This document shows positions 39,796 to 51,577 of a stretch of DNA of 64,000 nucleotides, in pieces; the first letter of the stretch is position 1, and each line of letters starts with the position of its first letter. The stretch spans positions 3,224,001 to 3,288,000 of the forward strand of contig MU054212.1 of the NCBI GenBank assembly GCA_013239625.1. Direction: 5' to 3'. Origin of the DNA: Lama guanicoe. Taxonomy: Eukaryota. The translations under genes were made by a program, and so were the position numbers. Under the pieces are notes generated by a model that did not search any database, was not told the DNA's origin, and worked only from the letters and a program-made list of their open reading frames with translations.

Positions 39796-41835
39796 TAAAC
39801 AAAGAAGTAACCAACCAATGAGTGAGGGTCCTGGAAGTCCTTACTTTAATGAGGAATATTTTTGTCTACAATATTTTTTTTCTAAATTCTTTCTCCCTTA
39901 GCTGGGAGATGAACGCACTATAAGCAAAAGGATGTGGGGTGTATGGTCTAAATCAGCAGACAAGACATAGAATCTGAATAGAATAAACAACAAATGATAT
40001 AAAGAAGTCCAGACAGGAAGTCAGAACCAGAGATGCCCATGGTCTTGGTATCTCGGGTGCATACTTTTATCTAAAGGTGCAGATACTCAAACTAGCATCA
40101 CAAAACATGGAGATATTTACGACTAACTGCCAAAGGTTATGCCCCGACTTTGAAAACTCAGACTATCTTTACAAATATAGATTTCCCGAGGGCAGGATTT
40201 GTGTTCTTTGAAATAACGAGGAGCCAACAAAATTTCCCCCCATATTTGAGCTCTGTCCATTAGCTACATCTTTGACTTCACTTTCCAACAGAAAGTTTCT
40301 TTCACCTTCTCAAATAAATGGGACACACTGACAAGCTGTGAATCAGCTGGAGCAAATTAGCTTCACTAATAAAGGGAGTTTCCTCATAAATTTGATGATT
40401 AGTGTTTCCTATTGCCCTAAAAAGATTTTCCAATTATTGAAAAATATTTTATAAAGCAAAACACTCAACACAGTATCAAAGTGACTTGCATTTTGATTTG
40501 AAAAGAAAGCTTAGGATGGTGGGACACTGGAGAGAAAAAAGAATGAAGAAAATCTGAGCTCTTTTCCTGCCTCTGTCTCTAGTCCTTGTGTCACCTTGGT
40601 CACACAGCCTATAAGAATCCATGAGCATGGAGGGAATTTAAAGAGGCATCTGGTTTAGCACTTTGGCCAATTTAGCTTTCTTCCCAACTATAAAGTTTCT
40701 TCACGCCCATACCTAAAGGATAGCATTTTAGGAACAGTATAAATAATTTTCCCCCAAGGAGCAATAAGGGCAGTAATCGCATCTGTGAGGCCACCAGACA
40801 CCTCGTCTCCACTTTTTTGTTGTTGTTGCTAAGGCATTCACGATCGGGTTTTAAAAGAGCCTCAAGGAGAATACAAATACTAATGTTTAAGAGGGAAAGC
40901 ATGCAGCTAGTAAAGTGCCCAGTTGTCTGAGATGAATGCTAAGGTTGAGGAGGAGGACAGACAGATAATTGTTTACATATTTTTGATTAAAACAGATTTT
41001 TGTTTTCCACTGACTCCACTGTTTGGAAACACACCTCACGCATTGCTAACCAGACCAAAAAGTTGAAAGAAGATAATGTTTGGGAGCAACGTGTCTTTAT
41101 GTTGGTGGCTCTCACATATCATAGAATAACAGGTTGGTGGACACACTTGGGAAAGGTGACGAGCCTCTAGGACTACTGGCAATTTTAGGGTATTAGGAGC
41201 TGCAAGATTGCCCTTATGCAAAGATTAACTTGGTAAGTGAAAACTGATCTTACCGCATGACTTTAAGCCAAAAGCCAAGTGTTGAAAATATGAAAATGTA
41301 AAACCTTATTTTTGTATTAGATAGCTAACATTGGCCCCTACTATGTGAGACGGCGCTGTGCCAGCATCATTCCCTTCTGGATATATATTCGGTTTAGAAG
41401 TCACATGCTTCTTAAAATTCCTCCAAAATGTAAAGATTCTTCTTGGTTAAGTAGTGGACACTGTCTTGAAGGACATTAACTACATAAATGGCTTTAAGAA
41501 AAATAACTGAGACTCACAGATACTTGAGAAAAATGAAATGGCTGTCAACGATTACGACCTTCATATTTTGAAATCAGTAATCATGGAAAAATCAAAGAAC
41601 ATTCTGTAGCAATTCTGTTTGAATAGAAAGAATGAAAAGGACACGATTGATGTGAAAGAGGAAAAAAAACCTCAATGTATTCATTTATTTTAATTAATTT
41701 TAAATCAATTCATTCTAGGACTATGAACTGTTCTATTTTTACATGAGTTTTTGAATACTAAATTGCAAACAGATTTTTTTAAAGGTGGAAGTAAAAACAT
41801 GAAGTAAAGCTGAGGCCAGTTAGTCAAAATCTTAC

Positions 41836-41874
41836 CTGAAGTTGCTCTTTGTTCTCTTCTCTTCTCCACTCTCC
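41836..41874 (-). CDS. CHST9: CHST9 coding exon 3 (39 nt, phase 1-1), encodes (G)RVEKRREQRATS(G)
   Basis: Minus strand reads gtaactgatctgccttcttatttcag|GGAGAGTGGAGAAGAGAAGAGAACAAAGAGCAACTTCAG|gtaaga, with branch point, pyrimidine tract, CAG acceptor and strong donor. The peptide matches recalled human GRVEKRREQKVTSG. Confidence 0.93.
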
Positions 41875-42119
41875 CTGAAATAAGAAGGCAGATCAGTTAC
41901 AACGAGCAGCCATGAAAATATGATGTAACCAAGATGAACGCCCAGCCCAGTTTACGGCAAATTCCAGATCGTCTCTACTTCAGGCATGTCCAACCTGCTT
42001 CTAGAGATGACTGGGCATAGCTGAAAGGGGTGAAAAGTATTCTCAAATCAATTTATGGAAGTAAAAAATAAATGAGTATGCATCACATATGCTGCTGGGT
42101 TTTAAAAATCCAGTTAATA

Positions 42120-43330
42120 ACAGTCATTTACTCAACAATAAGCCGACAAGCTGCTAATCCCCATGGAACGAAAAACACACCATTCTAGGTGGGAGCAAAC
42201 ACCTGCATAACATAAGACCACGGCCTCTTACAACCTCCTAGGGGAGATAAAGAACAGACAATACAACCTGAAATGAGATGTGCTTCCAAAGGGTACACGT
42301 TTAAAGATATGAGAGGATGAAACAACTACTTTAAGAAATAAGGGGATGCCCATGAAGTTATGGAGAAAATGGTATTTGATTTGGCCCTTGGGAGATACGC
42401 ATGATTTGGGGAATCTGAAAAAGGGGAAGGATTGATTCTCGGCAAAGAAATAGTATGGGCTGGGTGAGCCAAGGCTATCTCAGCAAGAAGAGTCTGCGTA
42501 GGGCTTGCTTTGAGAACCTGAAAGACAGCAGTTTTGAGCAGGAGGAGAGCGATCCTAGAGGTTAGGCAGAGGGGCAAGAGATTATGGACTGAGTATGTCA
42601 GCGGGAGCAGAGAGCGGGGAAGATGGAAGTAAGAGAGGGCAGGAAGGCAGACCTTACAGGGCCCAGGGAGGGCCTCGTACAAAATGTGAAGAGCAAGGGA
42701 GGTGGAACGGTCAAGACGAATGTTCATCTAGGTGACTTGCGGTGTGATGATGCAATCCGGGGAAACGGTAAAAAGCGATGGGGGCACAGGGATGGGGCGT
42801 TCTGTTTTAGACTTAAGGAGCTGGAAGTGCTAAAGGGACACAGAGCTTGTGAGAGAGATCAGAATTGAAATTACAGATGCAGAGAATGTCCATCTTGAGA
42901 AGATGGTTGGACTGGAAGTGGGGAAATGGGAACGTAAAAGCAGACAGAACAGAGGGCTGGGCTGGAAACAAAAATGCTGTTCTTGTTTTGTGATGTAGGA
43001 CCATGAGAAGACAGAAGAAGCAGAGATCCATGGAGATCAACAGAGCACAGTCGTTCATGGACCACAAATCAAGTTTTAGGAAGTATGGGGGGGTACCAAC
43101 AGCATCCCATACTGCTGAGTTTCCATGTCTGCTGTGAGATAGAGATTGTGAGAACAGTTTTAGCAGAGCCGCAGTAGGGAACACCAGAGAGGCTGCGAGG
43201 GCTGGAAGAGTAGTGGGTGATGAGGAAGACAGGGCTGAGGAAGTGCCTTCTTGTTCACAATACTTGCCAGCACGAAAATGAGTGAGACGCAGCAATACTT
43301 TGAGCAGGAGTTAAGTCAGGGTTTCTGGGA
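42120..43330 (-). mobile_element. L2 LINE relic
   Basis: Purine-rich degenerate L2 antisense, e.g. ttctgttttagacttaaggagctggaagtgc. Confidence 0.55.
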
Positions 43331-44036
43331 CACTTCAGCATATTTATGGGCCTAAATCAGAAACTTTGCACCAGAGCAGTGGTGTGTGTCAACACCACAG
43401 CTGAGGTGACAGAGACTTGGTTTTGTGACGAGTAAGCGAGGGCCACCCTTCCAGCCATCACTTTCCTGTCAGCCATCGATTTTTCACAGATGGAGCCGCT
43501 TATTGAGCATTTACAGAAGCTGTATGTAAACTTTATCTAAGTTTTTCTACCAGCCCTTTACGTCTTTCAAAATCCTAAACCATAAGGTGGAAAATGTACA
43601 ATCTTTCACTCGTGCAGCTGCCCAAAGTGTAGAATTCAGCTAACTGGCATCTTGATTAATGGCACATTCCATTCACTCGGGTGATTACCAGAGGACTTGT
43701 TTGATGCAATTTATGTCAATGATTCAAACAGATAAACGGCATCAATCGTCCGTTTAAAGGCTTCATTCATTACCAAGTGTGATGGGGCACCTCCTCATCT
43801 GAGACTTGGCTTGGGCAAGCCACTGAAAATTATTTTTGATGATCAATTTTTGTACACTGGGGGCTCTCAAACATTTTCATGAATTTTAAAAAATGTTATT
43901 CATGTCCTGAATTATAAATAAACTATATAAAAAAGATTAAAAAAAAACCATCTCTTTGGAGAGTCTTTAACTTTTGTAGGAATGAGTCATAAATCCTGAA
44001 AGTTGACCAGGAATGTACTGAAGGTAAATAATGGGG

Positions 44037-44715
44037 TGTGGTAGTCAGCCCCCAAGGTGACCCGACGGTCCTCGTGACCCTCCTCCTGGTGTTCCTGTTC
44101 TTGTGTGGTACACTCCCATGCTGAATTAGACTGACTTGTGTAGCCAATAGGATTTTGCACAAAGATGAAGTGTGGCTTCTGAGGTTGGGCCTTAAAACAC
44201 ATTGTGACTTCCATCTTGCTCTCTCTCAGATCACTTCCTCCCAGGAAGCCAGATAATACCAATCAGGACACTAAAGTAGCCTTATGGAGAGACCCAGGCA
44301 GCAAGAAATTAAGGCCTCCTGTCAACAGCCAATGAGGAACTGAGGCCTCTTGTCAGTAACCAATGAGAAACTGAGGCTTCCAGTCAGCAGCCAATGAGGA
44401 ACTGAGGCCTACAGTTAACAGTCAATGAGGAGCTGGGGACTCCTGTCAACAGCCAAGGAGGAACTGAGCCTTCCTGCCAGCAGTCGGCATCAATTTGTCC
44501 GGCATCTGAGCAGCGCATCTCCCAGCCCCAGCCAAACCTTCACATGGCTGCGGCTCTGGCTGATATCCTGACTGCGACTTTGTGGGACACGCTGACCCAG
44601 AATCATCCACTTAGCTACTCCAGACTTTCCCAGAGAAACTGTATGTGATGGTAAATGTTTACCATTGTTCTCAGCTGCCAAGTTTTGGGTAAACTGTTAT
44701 ATAGCAATAATACTT
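44037..44715 (+). mobile_element. MaLR LTR (MLT1F-like)
   Basis: Starts tgtggtagtcagcccccaaggtgaccc and ends gccaagttttgggtaaactgttatatagcaata. Internal ccagaatcatccacttagctactcc. Confidence 0.85.
44303..44485. repeat. 31-bp minisatellite, about 6 copies, consensus gaggaactgaggcctcctgtcaacagccaat
   Basis: Units start at 44303, 44334, 44365, 44396, 44427 and 44458 (last one partial). Confidence 0.95.
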
Positions 44716-45249
44716 ATGGAATGATTTTTTTATGAAAGGTTAGGTTAATTTATCTCAACAGAATATACCTACAGCCATGTTAGCTGTGGCAAATCAGTCT
44801 GTCTCCCTGACTTTCTCATCTGGAAAGCGGGGATCAGAGCCTGCTTATCTGGATTGTCCTGAGGCTTAAATACATCCACATGCAGAGCCACCAAGAAATG
44901 GAGGAAACTCACACAAAATACTGGGGTTCAAGGTTTCAGAAGGGAGGCTGGAAGGCGTTGCTGATAATGTCTTTTTCACTGAGATTTCAAGCCGTTCTCT
45001 GCCCCCGTGTTACATGAAAGGGCTCTGTAAACTGTGGAGGGATACAGAAATGTGTCTTAGCTTTATTATGCTATTACTTCTGTTATGGGAATCGACTTAC
45101 ATTTCTGTTCTTAGTTACATACACACTAAACCTCAAATGAGAAACATTAACACTAGGTAAGTAAGACAATCTTATATTGATCAAGGGACACGGAGATTGA
45201 ACTGCTTAACTGGAGATAACCCTCTAGGTTTCTTTTTCAGTCTCTTTAG

Positions 45250-46140
45250 CTCGCTAGGCACAGGCGATCTTATCTCTGGGTGATCATCACCTGCACAGAA
45301 AGAGATGACTCTTGAGACCTACGTCTCCAGGTCCAAAATCTGCTTCGGTCTTAGGCCTACTGGAAATCTCTATTTGTGTTTTCTGCTTCACGACACAAGT
45401 CCTTAACTTACACCATTATATTCCCCTCCAAAACTGCTTATCTTCAGCGCCATCCTCCTATCTGCTCAGGCACCCAAACTCGGGACCTAAGAATCATCGG
45501 CTCCTCCCTTTCACGCAGCCTCAGATCTAACCCCTCCTTTCTTCCTGCCACTGCCCTCGTTCTTAAACTTCATATTTTTTCCTGGCTCCATATTTTTTAC
45601 AGGCTCCTAACCGATTTCATTGGTTTTAGGGATGGTTATGCCATCCCTGTAGTCTGACCCCAATTAAAGATTAAAATACACGTTCCTCAATATGAAACTT
45701 ATGACCCTGAAAGATCTGGCCATGACCTGCCTTCTGCTACCATTCAGAACACTTTACCAGTGATGCTAGGAATTGCACCTCTCACTCCAGCTCCCTGTAC
45801 GTGACGTTTCTGCTTCCTGGAATGTCCTGTCCTGTCCTTCCTATCCATCAAAACTCTACTCATCCTTCAGAGCTGAGCTCCCACGCCGAAGCTTCTGTGA
45901 AGTCTTAGGCTTTGTGCCACCTCCCCCACCTCCCCTCTCCCTACAGAATTAATCACCCTTCTTTCTACGCTCCTTTGGCCCTTTATTTGCACCTTTGCTA
46001 CAGTGCTAACTCCAGTGTTTGGTTTATAATTAGCTGCATGTTTATCTCCCCAACTGGACTGTGGCCTCCTTTAGGGCGAGGGGTGTATCTTCTTTCTCTC
46101 TCCTCACGCCTCACAGCGCCTGGAACACAAATGCTTGGGA
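45250..46140 (+). mobile_element. L2 LINE relic
   Basis: Ends tttatctccccaactggactgtggcctcctttagggcgagggg...cacagcgcctggaacacaaatgct. Confidence 0.7.
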
Positions 46141-46829
46141 GCAGGTTGCCCAGAGAGAGTTATGCCCTATTCCAGCCCTCCTTCAAATGCTAAAGAACGT
46201 GAAATCAATTTTAGTGCTGTTAACACTGAGTGCAAGTACAACCAAGAACAGAGCTTTTACCAAGTATTTACATTACAACTGACAACCTAGAAAACTATTA
46301 CATTAGAAAAGTGGGTGATAAAACAACAGAGGCTTTCAGAATAATGAACATGCACTTTGCCCTAGTTGTGCTTTATTGTGTCACAGATTCCACTTGAAGA
46401 ACAAAACATTAAAGTATGGTTTGCAGCTCACTTCCCTTTAAGCCTGGATAGAGCACTCCACCTGTGAGGAATAAAAGCGGACCGTGATCTCATAAAAATG
46501 GAATTTGCAGGGTCCCATTTTTCTCCTGAGAAAGTGAACACTAAAATTCTGCATCTCATGGCGATTTATTTATAAAAACCGAGTCTTGATTTTTTAAACA
46601 GCCATTTTAGACTTGGGAGTTGATATTGTTTCACGGAGAATCCTTAAATATATATCCATTTATAGCACATTTCAGTACGGAAATAGTCTCTTCATCGACG
46701 TGATTGTTTCTGATGTTTTAAAACCACAAGCACATAAATGGCAATCCAGTGATGTCTCACTAATCACGAGTGGGGCATTTGTATCACAGCTCAGTATCTC
46801 ACTTCACTTCTAATGAACAGAAAATTTTG

Positions 46830-47077
46830 TGCATACATATATATGCACTTATGCTTATACACAGATATAAATAGTGGGTGTGCACACATACGTGTATATG
46901 TGTATGTATATGCATATATATGCATGTATATATAATGCACTGCATATATGTACATGTGAGATATACACACAAACACACACACACCCATATTTTTAGAATC
47001 GTAGTCTACAAATATAAATAGTGGGTATACACATGTACATGCATATATACAATGCATTACATATATGTACATGTGAG

Positions 47078-47108
<31 letters not shown>

Positions 47109-47130
47109 TACCTCCCACATTTTTACAGTC
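46830..47130. repeat. TA/CA-rich tract containing a diverged tandem duplication of about 120-150 bp
   Basis: atataaatagtgggt...aatgca...catatatgtacatgtgagatata...ccca(c/t)attttta occurs twice, from about 46865 and 47012. Confidence 0.85.
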
Positions 47131-48191
47131 AGACATAGTCTAATCTCCAAAAGATCCTCTCTTCTACCTGCCTCTGTCCTTGTGTAATCAAGCCTGTCAT
47201 GGAATCTTATCGAGCTTCCCTCATGCACTACCAGTTTCTCAGTAGCCAGTCCTGAGTGTGCATTCACTTGCAGGCATTTTATCTGCCCTGCTCCGAGAGG
47301 TATTATTAATCACATCCTGTTGCTAGGATACCTGAGAATGTTCATTTGTGTCCAATGTTTCTTTGGCAAAATGCACTATGAAGAAGGCATAGAATCATGA
47401 CAAGGAAAATTACTGTGCACGTGCTACTTATTCAAAAAGAGGCAGCAGGGGCAGCGGAGAGTAACATAACTACCAGACGATATAATGTGAACTCCCATGA
47501 ATTTGTTTTTTAACATCGTTTTGTTTCACCTGAATTTTAATGGAAAAACATTGGCAATATTTCTGCAAAATAAGAATCTGTAGTATGTCCGTACTTCTGA
47601 GTTAACTAGGCAAAGTGGAAGGAGGCAGGGTTTTGATTCTGTTTACTTTATGGGAACTCAGAGAGGAAGGGGCTTTAAGAATTACTCACTTCAAATGCCT
47701 CAATTTCAGACAAGGGTGCTAGGTGACAGTGCCAGCTGATTTGCAGAGCCAACCTAAAGACGAGGTCACCACCATTGCCATGTTTAGCTATTTTAATGCA
47801 AGACTTATGAGAAAAGTAATCTTCAAAATGTGCATTTGGGTAATGAGGAGAAAAATGTCTTTATAGATACCTTAAAAACATGACTGCTGTTTTGGGTATG
47901 AGTATACCAAAGATTCCTGCTTATCGATTGTAATGAGAGAAAATATGAATATGTAAAATCCAGCTAAATGCAAGATTTTCTTCGTCAACCTCTTCCTACA
48001 GGACACAGCACGATACAGTGAAATAAACACGGACTTTGGAGTTGGATGGACTAACTTTCCATCTTAACCAGTGGTACCTATGAGCTATGTGGTCTGGGAA
48101 CAAGGCAAAGAATATCTCCTCAGTGCATGCTCCTTTCTGTTCTCTCCTCTTCTCTCTCTAGGGCTTGTGTGTCTGTGTTGTGTGCACACAA

Positions 48192-48194
<3 letters not shown>

Positions 48195-48249
<55 letters not shown>
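48195..48249. repeat. Compound (AT)15(AC)12 microsatellite
   Basis: Read directly from the sequence. Confidence 0.95.
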
Positions 48250-48404
48250 GTAACTGTTTACCTATCATCCACCTATCAATTGATCTATCTGTACCTACTT
48301 ATCTCTTGTACTTCGACTGAAAACAGAAACAATTTGAGTTTTACTTCCATTATCGTTTCCAAGTAATATTTGCACAGCGCTATCATTATATGCATGCTAA
48401 TCGT

Positions 48405-48590
48405 AGTAGCTCGTGTTTACTGAACAACACTTGTGTGCTCACCACTGTTACCAGCATATTTTATGTTAATTCATTTTCTCTTCAAAATATTACACTATTT
48501 TAGAAACATTTTACCTATTTTCAGGTAAGGAAACTTGGTTCAAATTTGTTAAATAACTTTGCCAAATCACTGAACTACTTAGTGGCCAAT
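48405..48590 (-). mobile_element. MIR relic
   Basis: cctattttcaggtaaggaaacttggttcaaatttgttaaataactttgccaaatcac. Confidence 0.65.
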
Positions 48591-48884
48591 AAATCATGAA
48601 AGGACAAAAAAATAGTTGGGAGGAAAAGGTAGGGAGGAGTCGGGTTAGGATATTTATCCATAAGCCATTTATAATCAGTTTCTAGGTTTGGAAGGTTCCC
48701 TGAATAAAGGAGCTTGTTAAAAATATTTCAGCAGACTTTTTTTTAAAAAAAACTAGCTGTTTATTATTTATCATTTGCTTGAATGAATGAGCTGCCATTT
48801 TAACTGCTAAACACTTAATCAGAATATTTCACGAGTAGAATGCCCCAAAGACCTTCAGATTTTGAGCTTTTTTTTTTAGTAGTT

Positions 48885-49085
48885 TAGTATTTAGTTAGTA
48901 CCTACCACGAATTGGGCACTCTAATGACACTTGAACATCATTTAATTTAGTCTTCACAATAACTCCATGGAGGAGATGATAATTACTTCCATTTTCCAGT
49001 GGAGAAAAGAGGCTCAGAAAAGTTTCTGAAAGGGGCACAAGGTTCCAGTTAGTGATTGGCAGGACTTGACTGTGAACCCAGGGAT
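48885..49085 (-). mobile_element. MIR relic
   Basis: catcatttaatttagtcttcacaataactccatggagg...ccattttccagtggagaaaagaggctcagaaa. Confidence 0.7.
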
Positions 49086-49149
49086 TGGTACCCTTCCTGA
49101 GTGCACTGGCGATGGGGATTAAGGGCAGCTCTGCAGCGTGGGGAAGAAC

Positions 49150-49310
49150 TCCATTTCCACTCTTGCGTGGAATCAGTGCGGGATTCTGGGCACTTCACTT
49201 ACCCTCTCTGCATTGTATTTATCTGGAAATGGGGGTAATACTAGTTCTTACTTTGCAGGGTCATTGCGAGGGTTCAATAAAACGTTTACATGTTTGGTGT
49301 ATGATGCTAT
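49150..49310 (+). mobile_element. MIR relic
   Basis: tgggcacttcacttaccctctctgc...atctggaaatgggggtaatactagttcttactttgcagggtcattgcgaggg. Confidence 0.7.
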
Positions 49311-51039
49311 CAAATTTATGACATTCTCACTTCAGCGCCTGGGAAACAGCAACCTGGCGCATTGCCAGGTGCTTCTCTTTATGGATGTTCCACATCAGGT
49401 GGTCCCTAGCAACACAGGATACTTCTTTATATTCTCAGGGTCAGTGGCTTCATTTACACAAATATTATAAAGTTCAGCCTTTGCGAGTTTCTCAATTTTT
49501 TTTTTTTTACTATCACTTCTCTCTCTTGCTTCCCCTTAGAATTTCTAAGAAAGAAACAGCTCCCCACTTGGCTGAAGCCCTTTCCTCTCCTCTTCGTGGC
49601 ATAACTCTTTCCAAATACAAGTTGGCTTGATGAAACACACACTGACGTGGCAAAACCCTCCCTGATTAGGAGCTAAGGTGACACGATTTCAGAATCCAGA
49701 GTTTGTGGTTCGAATCCCTCCCCACATTCTGTACTGACCAGCAGCTGTGGAACTGCCCACAGTCTATTATGGTCTAAACAGAAATCGGAGGACCTCACTG
49801 CCAGAACTGACTCATTGAAACAAGTGGTAAGACCTTGAACAAGTAACCTGGCTTTTCCAAGATTCATAGGTCTCTTTAGTTAGACAGGTAAATACTATCT
49901 TTTAATGATACCAAAAGAAATTGTACAAACAGGGATGTGAGAGGATCTCAAGTGCTGTACTATAGGGCAGGAACAGAGAAGCTTAACTGGGCCACTTTAA
50001 AGACCAGCTAGTCTACAGAATAGAAACTGGATAGTTTCTGTTTCTGTCAATTGTATAAAACGGCAGGCAGAGAAGTTTATTTTATTATTGATGTCAGGAT
50101 TTATGCTGGTGTTGAAATGGCATCAGCCTCAGCAGACCCTATGGTGAACCTGTATGGCTGGGTTTAGAGAAAATCCACTTGCTCTTTTGTCTGTTTCTCT
50201 TTGGTGAGCTGATGCGTTGCGAGGACACTTAGACAGCCATTATGAGCACGCTGCGTGCTGGGAGCTCCAGGCAGCGTACCTCGCTGCAGAAAGCGGCCCT
50301 TCAGAAACATATCGATACAGATAGATCTGGGCCTCCGAGGTTGGCCGGCTGCCTTGGCAGAGCTGACACTCCATCTGCACTCCCCAGCCCTGGGGTCCGC
50401 CATCCATCACAGCGTGTAGAAGGCCTGAGAAAGACTGAGTGCACAAAGATTTTTCCTGGGCTGACCGCTCAGCAGAGAAATAGTACAGTCAGCATGAGAA
50501 ACAATAGTTTTATGTTCTCTTGGAAATTCTCAAAGTACAGAATTTCTTCCCACTTAGATCCACCTGACAAGCACATAATGAATGTGACAAGCAACAGTTC
50601 CTTTCAGATTCCCAACACTGGCCTGGGTGAATTAAATCTTAGTGCAAATTTTGATATTCAGAACCTCATTCTGAAGCAGTCAGTTGTTGGCAGAGAAGTT
50701 TTTTGGAAGACTTTTAGATGAAGTCAGACTGGGAAAAAAAAAATCCCCAAAACAAAAAACCAACCTCATCCCCAGTGATTGCCAGGTCTTAAAACATCTC
50801 TGCAAAGTAGGAACTCTAGTCATAGTAATAGCCGCTTCAGCTACTGACCAAAGCCGGGATATGTTCATCTCTACTTTCCTTTGTACAATAATACATTTCG
50901 AGTAAGTTGTGATGTGATGTGAACAATTTTTAAATGACATATTCTCAATGTCCTTGGAAGTTCATTCTGTAAAAGCAGCAGGAATGAATTATTTTGAAAA
51001 CTAAAGAATCTTTTCATAACACACTGACTCACTCCTGTA

Positions 51040-51577
51040 CTGCAATAACAATGACCATATGTTAAGAAGTGCAGTCAAATTTCCTGCCTGCTCAATCGTC
51101 TGGGCCTTCGTAAATTGCTTAACTAATAGAATATGCTAGAAATGCCTGTTTCTTGGTTTGGGCCTTGGAAATCAGGTAGCTTCTACTTCTTGAGTCTTTT
51201 AACAATACTTGCTGTGAGAGAAGCCGGCCACCAGGTAAGAAGTCAGACTACCCTGAGACCGCCATGCTGCGAGGAAGCTCAAGCCACCCACACATGGAGG
51301 CCACATGGAAAGCGAGCTGCCTGGACCATACGGGACCCTCAACGCACAGTCCCAGCCATCCCGACCCAGGTGCCAGACATGTGTGGATGATGACACCATC
51401 CTGGATGTGGGTCCTCCAGCTCCAGTCACCTCAGCGAACAGCCATACAGATTAGACAAACTGCCCAGCTGAACCCTTTCCAAATTCCTAACCTACAACAC
51501 TGCAAGCAAAATAAATGTTTGTTTGATACCATTAAGTTTTGGCATACTTTGTTATGCACCAACGGATGATAAAAACA
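51040..51577 (+). mobile_element. MaLR LTR (MLT1H/G-like)
   Basis: actaccctgagaccgccatgctgcgaggaagctcaagc, ccaggtgccagacatgtg and aataaatgttgttt...cattaagttttggc...ttgttatgca. Confidence 0.85.

Noticed and set aside
44303..44485. CRISPR-like array
   Set aside because: Head-to-tail tandem units without unique spacers, inside a mammalian LTR.
46791..48366. Tyr/Ile/His/Thr-rich ORFs
   Set aside because: Translations of TA/CA simple repeats.
48010..49310. Inverted MIR pairs forming dsRNA in the pre-mRNA
   Set aside because: The copies are too diverged for an evident stable duplex.
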